This document shows, piece by piece, positions 26,514-38,221 of a DNA stretch of 64,000 bases. Location: assembly GCA_040954595.2 (NCBI GenBank), contig CM082587.2, forward strand, positions 10,359,403 to 10,423,402. The letters run 5' to 3'. The DNA comes from Balanoglossus misakiensis. Taxonomy: Eukaryota; Animalia; Hemichordata. Made by a program: the position numbers and the translations under genes. A model generated the notes under the pieces. The model was not told where the DNA came from. It saw nothing but the letters and a program-made list of their open reading frames with translations, and did not search any database. Each line of letters opens with the position of its first letter. The first letter of the stretch is position 1.

Positions 26514-27197
26514 TATAACACACCAAACACCACATCTAGACAACAGTACCTGGCAGAAACCGATCAAACTGATGCTCTAGGGAACAGCTCGAAATGACTA
26601 AGGTCACGTGACGGCGTATTGACGAATCACGGTTTGCTGCATGCCGAGCTATAATATGCATATGTTGACTGGCCATGAGGGCATCAGCATACGTCTGTAA
26701 CCCAAGGGACTGTGAGTCACCCCCTAAAACGGACTGTTTCCCGAGGCCGAGTGTTTTGTAACATCTCATCCACAGCTACGGATAAGAACTCACGATACAC
26801 CAAGACTATGGTGAAATTTCTCGACTATAGTTCCCCATCTTTGTTTACTTTCCATTTCGTGCATGCGCAATATATAGTTTCTGAAATGAGGGGGCATCAT
26901 TTTTTGGCGGGCAACAGTTCCAACAACTGATGACTGATGACATAGTTTTATATGGATCAGCACAAAAAGAATGCATGCCATGTGACTATCAATTGATGAA
27001 TGAGAACACAGACTTTGGATGAGGTGTGTTACAATCCCTACAATCTATATAAGTTTCCTGGCAGCAAGTATAGGGATTTTCACCCTAATGACATGTAAAT
27101 TATGTCATGCACAAATCAGGTGGAGCACCCGCGTGTGACTGTGTCTTACAGTCTAAGATAAGCAACGTAAACATCTGTCAATGAGTTAAGTCGTTAA

Positions 27198-27424
27198 CTA
27201 GTAACATCCAAAGCCCACTCCTTGGCATAATACAGTATTGTCAAAAGATCTCTGAAAGTCCTTGTAGTCCACGAAGTGAACTGAAAGAATCAGCTCATCA
27301 GTACAGACACGTGGGTCTGGAAGCTGCTTTGCACTGGCTGTACTGAACTTGATGTAGATGTTTGATGGAACTTCTCTGTACCTAGTTATGAACTGCATCA
27401 CATCATATACATTGGGCTTGTCAT
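27198..27424 (-). pseudogene. Duplicated terminal exon of the HECT gene
   Basis: Identical to 31758-31984, with its splice acceptor. Confidence 0.85.
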
Positions 27425-27779
27425 CTAAAACAAATCCAAATGTCACAAGATGAGCACTGGGAAGAATGTCTATATACTTATCAATGGAATCAAATGGCTT
27501 TCTGTTAGTCTAATGATTTGAAATGCCATATGGTAAAAATCTGTGTAAACCTGAAATAATACTCAAATTATTGCATTATGAAATTATACTATTTTAAGAG
27601 TACATGTAGGACTTTCATCTTGACTCCACATATATGGTCATCAGGTCACATGACTAATTACACATTCACAAGGGTACTGCACCAGCTCTCATAGCCCTGC
27701 ACCATTGTGCCAAATGTGAGATTTGTAGGTTCAGCCGTTTTCAAGATCTAGCTGGACAAAAAAACGACACAAGAAGAAG

Positions 27780-27811
<32 letters not shown>

Positions 27812-30800
27812 GAAGAAAAACCCCAGTAATACCAATAGGGCCCAAGCCTGCTGGGCTTGGGCCCTAATTATCAGTTTAAGTACTTAGCACCTGTTTTTTG
27901 ATAAGTAGCCTGTAAATACATTAGTACATTGAAAGTCAAATACAATTCTGCTGGATTCAAAGTTGTCCAGGCTGAAACGATGACAACAAACAGTCTTCGG
28001 ACTGAGCGCGAAAAGTGGGCGTGTCCATTATCACTCATTAAGTATTCAAAAAGGCTGACTACGCTGTCGAGTGTCCGGAAAATTACGGTCGGAAACAGAA
28101 ATTACAAGTCACAGTGTCTCCAACACGAAAAAAATCCAGCGAGCTTAGCTTTTAACAAAGAACTGACATTAAGTTCCTTACTCGCTGTGACAAATCCAAA
28201 AACCGACGTGATTTTTTTACAAAAATTAACTCAGAAAAAACATCAACACTTGAATTTACCAGCCCCGCACTGCAAATTGCATGGCGATGCCTATGGAACT
28301 GACCAAAATTTGACAGATCGTGGTTGCTAAAATGGTGCTGGTGCAATATTTCAGCATATGCAGCAAGCTGCGAAACCTGCCGTTTCCCAGACGACTTTGT
28401 CTGAGCAATGAACCTCAATTGAATGACGAGAAACAACAATTTCTCAATGACTTTCAGTCTGCCGACTGATGACCCCAAAATGTTATGACCTTTTGAATAC
28501 GCCAACCAGTGGGTGTCATTTAGTGCACGTGATATGCTAAATAGCGTTACTATTTCTATGGCGCCATGGTAACGTAAACAACATGCGTCAATCTCCCGCC
28601 AAGAAAGGCAAGGCTTCACGCTTTTGCTCAAAGTTTATTCGATACATCCAAGTTTGTTGTAAACAAATATCTGAATATTTATATATAAGATCATGTCAGT
28701 TATGAGTATATCTACCCACCCATTGATCAATGATGCTGTCATCAGGCTTGAACGTCATGAAAGGGGCGTTGATATCTCTGTGTCAGAGACTGACCCATGT
28801 GATTAGGGTACACACATGGGCTCTAGTGGGGTAATTCTGCATGTAATCGCGGTTCTTATGGAAGTCAGAGGAAGTAAATATGCGTGTTTGTTCCAGATGC
28901 GTCTCTTTTTTCGCTGTTGGAGTCTTATTTTGGCTGATTGCGGGATACATGACTGCAAGCACTTCCCTTGAAATTGGTATTAAATTCACAAAACCGTTGA
29001 AAAACGACATGGTGCATGCATCCACGCGAGGTATCTGTGTTCGATCGGTGTGATTACGAAATAACAACATGTATCGTAAGTATTTTGGGCACTGCGGACG
29101 GTCGTACCTGATAAATTATTGATTGAAGGCCCACAAACATTCATAACCAAAATATCGACAAACTACGTTTTACGCCTCACTTCGAGTGGCTGCATATTTT
29201 TTTAGAGGCTTAGCACTAGCTAAAATAGGTTCGTATGATAAGAATAAAGTATCTATGACCCCAGAAATTCGAGTTTGAATAGTTTTCACTCTTTGGATGA
29301 AAAGGCACAAAAAATCAAACAAATCACTGCATTTTCACCCAAAAACAGTGTGTGCCAGGAAGACCCTGTCAGAAAGTGTGGAATTTACGGGTAAGATGTT
29401 CTGGACGAAAAAATGAGCATAAGAGGTGATGAGTGATTAAAATAAACACTCTGTATGACATTTGCGTCTGGATTTTTTTTACTACGACACGGCAAAATCA
29501 CGGTATTTTGCTACAAAATCGCCAATTTAACAACAACAATTGGAGACGTCCCACAGTCTCTATTCAGTCGTTGATCATGATATACGATAGTTTCCAACAA
29601 AGTTCTAATGAAATAGAGTATATACCACGTTTTTTCTCGTCCATTGAAGCTTTGGATGAAAAGGCACAAAAAATCAAAGTTGGTATATGCCTCTGAAGGC
29701 TAAAATAGAAGGGGTCAAAGGTAACTCTTTTATTTTTATTTTTCGCAAATCTACCGAATTCATCTTTGATTCTCTTATTGCTTTATTTCAATAATTTTCA
29801 CAAAGATAACGAAATCTGTCAAGTACTCTCAAAACATGGAAAAAAATTGGATTGAAATCTCTCCACGTACGCTGGGTTCTTGGCCGCCATAACAGAGGTC
29901 AATGAGTGCTGAAATTTCCCAGCATGCTTTGCGGTGTTTTGATAATGGGAATCGCGCTCAGTCCGAAGACATTTTGCAACAAGTAAATGTATAATATTAA
30001 TGTAATAAATTTACATTGTGCTTCAAACTCCCATCATATATAGAAACTGTCCACATGATGAGTTTAGGTATTTAGTCTATCTAAAGATGCATCTCCTGAA
30101 AGAGCATTTATTGATGTATTTCCAACCAATTTTTCCAGTATACAGAAGTATACATGTTTACAGTTTGGCTAACACTATAAGCAGTGCTGTATTAGTAAGA
30201 AGATTTCTGAATACCTTTTGCACATGAACATTGTTCCCATCTTGAAAATGTGTTGCATATGGGGTAGTAGTTCTGCTTACTTCATTGTTGCCGGTGTATT
30301 TCAATGGGAAGCCTGATTGCAACAATGATGTACCTCACCCTCCAACAGAGTCAATGTGCCCCAAAGTGTAACGCAATTTTCCAACACAGTGCAACACACA
30401 CCTTGACAGGACCTATTTTGCATTCATGATGGCTAGGACTACTAAACATAATAATATAATAATAACAGAAATTTTTTGAAAAAAGCTGAAAACTTTTGTT
30501 ACATTATTGAAAGCAACTTTTGTAAGTGTTTTACCAATTTTGTATCCGCCTTTTTTGAAGCAGTTTCTTTTTTTGGTTCTAAATGACAAATGAGATTGAA
30601 TATAACACAGCAGGCATCTAGCCATGTGCATGGATATAAAATACTAACGGGTAGCTGTAGCTGTTATCTGTAATCTCATTTCGTCACTCCATTCATAGGT
30701 ACCGTAATTACCTACTTTTATTTTACAGAAGCACCGGCACATTGATACAAAAATGCCACGGTTTTGGGAATTTCTGGTAGAGACTGGATATGTTTTAGTG

Positions 30801-33800
30801 AATGCTTAATCTTGTCTTCCCACAAGCAGAATAAAAGCTGTGTAACGACTGTAAGAGCATTTAATATGAAACGAATGCATGAAAAAAGGGCTCAAAGAAG
30901 ATAAACTTTGCTCCTTCAAACCTGAATTCATGATGAAACAAGTCATCAATTGATGAGACAGTAAACACATGATGACTGACATATTCGGGCAACAGTGTAT
31001 TTTGATGACCGAAGGCGTGTTTTCCCGAGGTCATCAAAAACTGTTGCCCGAATATGTCAGTCATCATGTGTTTTATAACACACCAAACACCACATCTAGA
31101 CAACAGTATCTGGCAGAAACCGATCAAACTGATGCTCTAGGGAACAGCTCGAAATGACTAAGGTCACGTGACGGCGTATTGACGAATCACGGTTTGCTGC
31201 ATGCCGAGCTATAATATGCATATGTTGACTGGCCATGAGGGCATCAGCATACGTCTGTAACCCAAGGGACTGTGAGTCACCCCCTAAAACGGACTGTTTC
31301 CCGAGGCCGAGTGTTTTGTAACATCTCATCCACAGCTACGGATAAGAACTCACGATACACCAAGACTATGGTGAAATTTCTCGACTATAGTTCCCCATCT
31401 TTGTTTACTTTCCATTTCGTGCATGCGCAATATATAGTTTCTGAAATGAGGGGGCATCATTTTTTGGCGGGCAACAGTTCCAACAACTGATGACTGATGA
31501 CATAGTTTTATATGGATCAGCACAAAAAGAATGCATGCCATGTGACTATCAATTGATGAATGAGAACACAGACTTTGGATGAGGTGTGTTACAATCCCTA
31601 CAATCTATATAAGTTTCCTGGCAGCAAGTATAGGGATTTTCACCCTAATGACATGTAAATTATGTCATGCACAAATCAGGTGGAGCACCCGCGTGTGACT
31701 GTGTCTTACAGTCTAAGATAAGCAACGTAAACATCTGTCAATGAGTTAAGTCGTTAACTAGTAACATCCAAAGCCCACTCCTTGGCATAATACAGTATTG
31801 TCAAAAGATCTCTGAAAGTCCTTGTAGTCCACGAAGTGAACTGAAAGAATCAGCTCATCAGTACAGACACGTGGGTCTGGAAGCTGCTTTGCACTGGCTG
31901 TACTGAACTTGATGTAGATGTTTGATGGAACTTCTCTGTACCTAGTTATGAACTGCATCACATCATATACATTGGGCTTGTCATCTAAAACAAATCCAAA
32001 TGTCACAAGATGAGCACTGGGAAGAATGTCTATATACTTATCAATGGAATCAAATGGCTTTCTGTTAGTCTAATGATTTGAAATGCCATATGGTAAAAAT
32101 CTGTGTAAACCTGAAATAATACTCAAATTATTGCATTATGAAATTATACTATTTTAAGAGTACATGTAGGACTTTCATCTTGACTCCACTTACATTCACT
32201 GTACAGTATATTATATCACGGTCCCTCCACACACACACAGTCATGAATCCAAGTATTTTGCTAGTAGAAGTTTTAGGGTAATTTGCAAAAAAAAGACATG
32301 GAAATACAATTCTAAATTTGACATTCTACTATTTACTCTACTTTGTTTGACTTCTCGCCTGCAATTGTAACACAAATAATAACAGCATATATACCTTCTG
32401 ATTTGCACTTTTCTTCAAGATAGAGAAGAAAGTAGTCAAACACTTTCTTTTTCCCATCTGTATCCATAGCTTCATCTTCTTTGAGCACCACCTTAGGTTT
32501 TAAAACATCAAATGTAATCTGGTCTTCTTTGGGAAAGAGAAGGCTGCTTAACTTCTCTTCGTTTTGAACAATTCTCAGAAGGCCCATTGAATTCAAACCT
32601 CTCCGGAACTGGTCTAGCTGTATCTTTCGTCCAAGCAGAACATGATGGTGCATAACTTCATAGACCAAGATGTCTCTGTTTCCAATGTTGATGTTAAAAT
32701 GTGAAGCCCCAGAGGAAGCCAACACATCAACAAGGGATGACCCAAGGTCCTTCAGCTCATCTTCTGTAGCATTCAGCACCTATTAAAAATGTATACAAAA
32801 GTCACTTAAAAGGCTGTGACCGTGTACTAGTCAAATATGGACAGTATTTGAAGAAAAGTACATGTATACACCCATGTAGGGAATAGACACAGAAATATCG
32901 TTTATACCATATTATGTTGATACATGTACATGAACAATAAATTCTAACTTTTCTTGTTTTCTATGTGACCTGCCTGTGTATGATGTTCTTTTGCAGAGAG
33001 CTTGGTTGATGCTACCCCAAATAACCTAAAGATATTACTTAATGGTGCACGACCACAACAAGGCTGTCATGAGGTCAAGTACCTTTCCTGTCAATTTCTC
33101 AATGGAGAAAATTCTCTGAACCAACAGTATGCACTGAACTGACAACTGCCTGAATATGGGACTGTTTAATTTGTCAACATAGCACCTATACTTGTAAGCT
33201 GCATTGTTAGTGTTGACATTGTAATTTTAGTCCAGACTACAATTCACTTGTCAACAATAACAATGCAGCTTACACATTTGCCGGCTGAGTTTACAAGCTG
33301 AATACTAAGTCTTTCAACATGTTTTCAGGAGTACAGTAGAAGAAGAAAACAAAAAAAGCGAAAACAAAATAACAAAAGGTGGCAGATACTGAGGCTGTAA
33401 ATAAGAGCTACACACATAAATTTGTAAAAATAATAAAACAGCAAATATTCACATTATTTCTATCACACGTTAATTACAATCTTCGATTCATCAAATCCTT
33501 ATAGAATTGTATTACCTTTTGCAGTGTCGCACGTAGATCATAATCAGCTACATCTTCGATGACAACTTTCGAGGCAGCCTTATCCATATCACCAGTGACA
33601 ATATATGTTTGTATAGGTGGAGCAATTCCTCTCATGCCACAACCACCATGTAACAAGGAGTGGCTAAGGATTTTCCCTGCTAAATCAAATAGTTCTTGGT
33701 TCATAACAGTTTGTTTCATTGTTGGCAGTAAATGTCCAACTTCACCTTCAAACAGAGGTTCTTCTGTATTACTGGTGATTGTTTTCATAGCAAGGTGGAA

Positions 33801-35815
33801 ATACTCGCAGCTTGGACCACCAGCATCTACTGCAGGTTCCTCTTCGCCTGCTGATATGAACTGATTAGTTGGCCTGATGTGAAGGTTTAAACCCCTTTTA
33901 TATATTCCAACCAGTTGTCGGAAGGGGGTGTTTGAGTCTCTATTGTAATAGACAAGGGGTGGTCTGCCTTCCTGTATATTCTGTTTTCTCCACTCCTGTA
34001 ATCTTTCTTCTGGATCCTCGAATGGTCCTGAAATACAAATCCACAAAATTGTAAAAAGAACAAAACATCTGTTTTGTCATTCTCACTATCTCAGCAGGTT
34101 TTCATCCCATGGAAAAAAATACTCAACTGTTTCAAAGTTTTAGAAAAAAAATTTCACAAAAAAATTTGCCCCAAAGTACAATATTTATAGTTTCACACTA
34201 ATTTCGACATTATACAATAAGAATACTTGCAAACCAAACATTACGACAATTACACCTGTTAACGGTCTAGTCTGAAAAACATACTCGTTTAACATTGAAT
34301 GGTATATGGGGTCACAATGCAAATTTTGTACAGAAATATATGACAAAATTAAAGCTACTACATGTAGTAGCATTGTGGAGGCCCAATTGATCAGTCAGGA
34401 TTTTTAAAAAATGATTTACCATGCTGTGCCTTCCAAGTCTCAACCCTGTACTTCTTTTAGTTTCTAAATTTAATAGGTAGGTCAAAGATCACCCAAAGTT
34501 TTGGTAGAACATTTTGCTCCCATAGTTACAAATATCCACCGAAATCACTTCTCAAGCATTAGAGGAACAAATTACAATTATACAAATAACCAAGCACACA
34601 ATTCATTTAAAATATGCATATTAGTATTTAATTAATAAGCCACACCCACCAAAACCTAACCAGATTTAGATCTTATCATAACACTGGATCAATGGTTTTC
34701 ATGCTTACAACCACAGTGCCCAAAAATGATAAGCACCTGTTCAACGCAGTCAATACGGTAAATCTAAAAAAAACTTACCTATAATGCAACTGCTGTCATC
34801 TGTGCTAGAACTTGTGCTTGGACCTGGCAAAGACTCCTCTACAGTAACTGCACCACATGTATCTATTTGACAAGAAGAGAACATAATTTCCTCAAAATGA
34901 ATACAATGTCAACTGACATTGCAATGTCAAAATATTTTGGAAAATAGTAGCTACAAAGTCACTCTTCTCACTTGTGCAGGAAGACATTTAGTTATTTGGT
35001 GGTAAAGAGGCAGTTGAGCAATACCAATTAATACATTCCTATTACCAATAAGGATTTGCGATTGATAGTCAACTAAAATTTGTCAAATATACTAAAAATT
35101 TACTAGCACATACCTTGTCCAGAGCCTGACAATTTAAAAAATGCTCTGTTGGCATCACCATCACACTCAAACAGTGCTTGAATAACTTGTGCCTTAGTGA
35201 CTGCATTGTCTAAAATTTCACACAGGGCTTGGACTTTAGCATCAGACTGTAAAAATAAAACATGATTAGTAGAGTGTTATTTGAGATATAATATTTTAGA
35301 AGAGGCTCCTTTCAATACTGCTATCTCCATCTCTCTCAAAAAAATGACACATACATCCTTTTCAATAAGAATAGACAGACAAATAGATATATAGATAGGT
35401 AGGTACCTGTGCTTGAACTGATGTAATACTGCATTCTTCATCTTCACTGGAAAATGGGCTGTCAGGGTCACATACAGAACCAGCAACACAGATTTTATTA
35501 TGTTCAGACATTTCTCCAACAGGTATGTCATCACCGCAAAATATGCATGCTACTTTGGCAGATTCATTGTTCTCCTGTTGAATATCAAAAACAACAATTT
35601 TGTACTGAACTGATCAGATCATGATCTCTTATTTCTGAGCAAGGTCAGCTGAAATATTTTGACAAAATTACCCAAAAATTGTTATATGCTGACGTTTGTT
35701 TTTCCCCCACAGGACTGAACAATTAGACAATAGAAAGTTTTAAATAAACAAATATAATAATAATTATGTTATTTCTGCACTGTATCTTTTTATAAGGTGT
35801 AGGTCATTAATTAAA

Positions 35816-36156
35816 AGGGACAAAGTCTCTCTCTCGCGTCCCTTTTTCAATTAATTATGATTGATACAAGACACCATTTATGTTATTCTACATGTGGATA
35901 TATAGTGAATCAACATTTGACCACACACAACTTCCACCAACTTTGTAGGATATTAGAAATCTCGCCAAAAAGAATAAAGGGTAAACACCGATTATTCATT
36001 TTGGCGAGTTTTGTCACTCGTGTCTAGGATGGAAGTTGTGTTTGGTTGAACATTGATTCACTATATACATGTATCCACATGCTCATCACCACAGACAGTG
36101 CCTTGTATCAAACATAATTGACGGTAAGGGGGCAGTGAGAGAGAGACTTTGTCCCT
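35816..36156. mobile_element. Kolobok-like MITE in HECT intron 1
   Basis: TIR AGGGACAAAGTCTCTCTCTC; flanks TAAA/TTAA; homologous to 52568-52914. Confidence 0.75.
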
Positions 36157-36214
36157 TTAAAACAAAACATTTATAACTACCATGTGTACAGCCTTACTCA
36201 GCAATATGGTCACA

Positions 36215-36382
36215 CAGTGTTTTTGTTAAGGGCGGTACCTAGGTAAAATCTACCGGAGTTCCCCAGTCATTTTACCGGGGTTCCCCAGGGTGTATCAATG
36301 TAGTTATATTAGGGGGTTATAGGAATGTTACCGGGGTTCCCAAATCCATTACCAATGTTCCCCAACCTTAGCAAAAACACTG
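36215..36382. mobile_element. 168-bp hAT-like MITE with 5-bp TSD
   Basis: TIR CAGTGTTTTTG(T/C)TAAGG; TCACA at 36210-36214 and 36383-36387; internal ACCGGGGTTCCCC repeats. Confidence 0.7.
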
Positions 36383-37110
36383 TCACACATACTTGTATAT
36401 TTGAACTGAAACCCTGCTTTGTTAAATCATTGGTAAATTACTATTTCGCAAACTGGTAACAGTACTAACATGATACTGCTAACAACATAAGACTCCAGGC
36501 TTTATGTAATAAAAAATATTCTCACCTTTATTTGAGTGTGGATTGGGGTTTTATCTAGGTTTCTCTGAAGGGGCTTTACGTAAGCCAGTGCAGAACGAAG
36601 GGAAGACTCATCTCTCAGGTACGGCACTGTATAGCCGCTGGTTGGCATGGTTACCAGTGTCAGTTCTTTGTTTAGCTGAGAAGTGCGATAGAGCAAGAAC
36701 CCCCCGGTGTTGCTGGTGCACGCGAATGTGCCCAGCTCTGCCTTTGACCAGCTCCACTTGCTCCAGTCGCCTCCCCGGCGGATTCGCTGGCAGAACCACC
36801 GGCACCAGGATCAGAACTTTCGAGGAGGTTCTGCGCTATCTGCATTAGTCTGCTGGCTCGTCTAAGTTTGTCAGCTGAACAGGAGCCTGGAGTCGCCATG
36901 ATTGATGATGAAAAGCGCGCGCGCGTGTAGTCAGAGTTTGACCTTCCGGTCTACTGATCTCCCTAGCATATTACTATAAATTACAGGGAAATTTCAGTGA
37001 CGTCATGTGACGTAGACATGACGCGTTGTGATGTAAGCAAAACGCCAGCGAGCCGACTTGTAAAAACTCTTTGGTGAACTGGGGCGTCTGGGGTGATCTC
37101 ATTGAAAAGA

Positions 37111-37441
37111 GGGGTGGTAACTCTGATCGAAAAGCTGTGTGCTCTGATCGAAAAGCGCGAATACTCTGATGGAAAAGTGAATACTCTGATCGAAAAGCGC
37201 GAATACTCTGATGGAAAAGTGAATACTCTGATCGAAAAGCGCGAATACTCTGATCGAAAAGCTGTGTGCTCTGATGGAAAAGTGAATTCTCTGATCGAAA
37301 AGCTTCGTGCTCTGATGGAAAAGCTGTGTGCTCTGATGGAAAAGTGAATACTCTCATCGAAAAGCGCAAATACTCTCATCGAAAAGTGAATACTCTCATC
37401 GAAAAGCTGTGTGCTAATTTTGGCATGAATTACACTCCATA
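37111..37441 (-). repeat. Right TIR of the IS3EU element
   Basis: Reverse complement of 16506-16772 with extra subrepeat units. Confidence 0.9.
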
Positions 37442-38053
37442 CAAATCTGCTCGTACGACTGTCCTGTACAAACAATAGACCGCTGTGTAAGTTGCTGAGC
37501 AAGAACCATGCATTTCACGGAATACAGAAATAGTCTGTTCATATTTACTGAAAATATCGATATTAAATGAAGCTGGATTCATCAATCAATGTAATACAAC
37601 TCTAAATTACTTTTTATGAACATTCAAACTTACAGACAAAAATAGATAAGACTTTCACAGAAATTATTGTACGCACATGGACGCCACGTGTAACATCATA
37701 TGTACAAAGTTGTCTGTACCGAAATGCAGCAAATATCAAATAAATACAAGAAATATATTACAAATTACTCTTGACAAAAACATAACATCTTACCAAACAA
37801 GTATGTGTAGTTATCAAAGTAACAATGCTGGCCACAAAGTGGATGTCGCCGGATGAAATTCAGTGGTTGAATCTCACAAGGTAAGTACAAAGTAGCAGCG
37901 CTCACCACAAAGTGGATGGCTCCGGATGAAATTCAGTGATCGAATGACGGGGTTACAAGGTAAGTACATGTACTATAGCAAGAAAAACACTGTCTGCGCA
38001 TGCGCACAAATTATAGCGCCCTCACACGACAATTATGGTTTTATATCCTCACA
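37442..38053 (-). repeat. 5' LTR, part 2 (includes the TSD copy)
   Basis: Matches 4634-5245. Confidence 0.95.
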
Positions 38054-38055
38054 TA

Positions 38056-38221
38056 TAGAAATATAGCTGCAAGCAGCGATGACGGGCACAAGCTTAAGCC
38101 GAATGTCAAAGGTCATATGTGGTCACCCAAAATTTGGGCAAACAATTTTGACCCCATACTTGTCCAGGTCCAACAAAAACCAGACCTCTAGCCCTATTGG
38201 TTCGCCTAGAATTAGATATGC
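38056..38221 (+). mobile_element. 5' part of a Helentron-associated element (continues at 46012)
   Basis: TAGAAATATAGCTGCAAGCAGCGATG..; the sequence resumes ATGCACATAATTAATGAG after the Sola2 element. Confidence 0.75.

Larger units (their letters stand above)
23069..32188 (+). repeat. Tandem duplication, 2 x 4560 bp (23069-27628, 27629-32188)
   Basis: ORF track repeats at offset 4560. Only one difference seen (C 26549 vs T 31109); 1-bp microhomology at the junction. Confidence 0.95.
31758..36899 (-). pseudogene. Transposon-borne HECT E3 ubiquitin ligase (G2E3-like), 7 exons: 36899-36526, 35574-35407, 35246-35114, 34862-34779, 34027-33516, 32779-32395, 31984-31758
   Basis: Phase-consistent GT-AG introns. 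HECT motifs EPAVDAGGPSCEYF, LFEG, AGKILSHSLLHGG, QLDQFRRGLNSMGLL, VMQFIT, LPDPRVC (Cys codon 31865-31863), C-terminal GFGCY*. Frameshift or deletion in exon 1 at the G-run near 36703. Confidence 0.85.
16506..37441 (+). mobile_element. IS3EU-type DNA transposon (20.9 kb including secondary insertions)
   Basis: Long TIRs beginning TATGGAGTGTAATTCATGCC; exact 6-bp TSD CAAATC (16500-16505, 37442-37447); IS3-like DDE transposase and a convergent second gene. Confidence 0.9.
4038..38053 (-). mobile_element. Gypsy/Ty3 LTR retrotransposon, full length, with multiple nested insertions
   Basis: Two about 1.2-kb TG..CA LTRs; TATA flanks both ends (4034-4037, 38054-38057). PBS, PPT and gag-PR-RT-RH-IN order on the minus strand. 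Confidence 0.95.

Noticed and set aside
23369-26981. Many short ORFs conserved in two copies
   Set aside because: The conservation is due to the recent 4,560-bp duplication; no protein motifs, and several ORFs cross element boundaries.
16506-37441. Polinton/Maverick interpretation (about 20 kb, 6-bp TSD, long TIRs, integrase-like enzyme)
   Set aside because: No pPolB, packaging ATPase, protease or capsid ORFs; termini are TATGG rather than AG-type; the size is inflated by inserts and the duplication.
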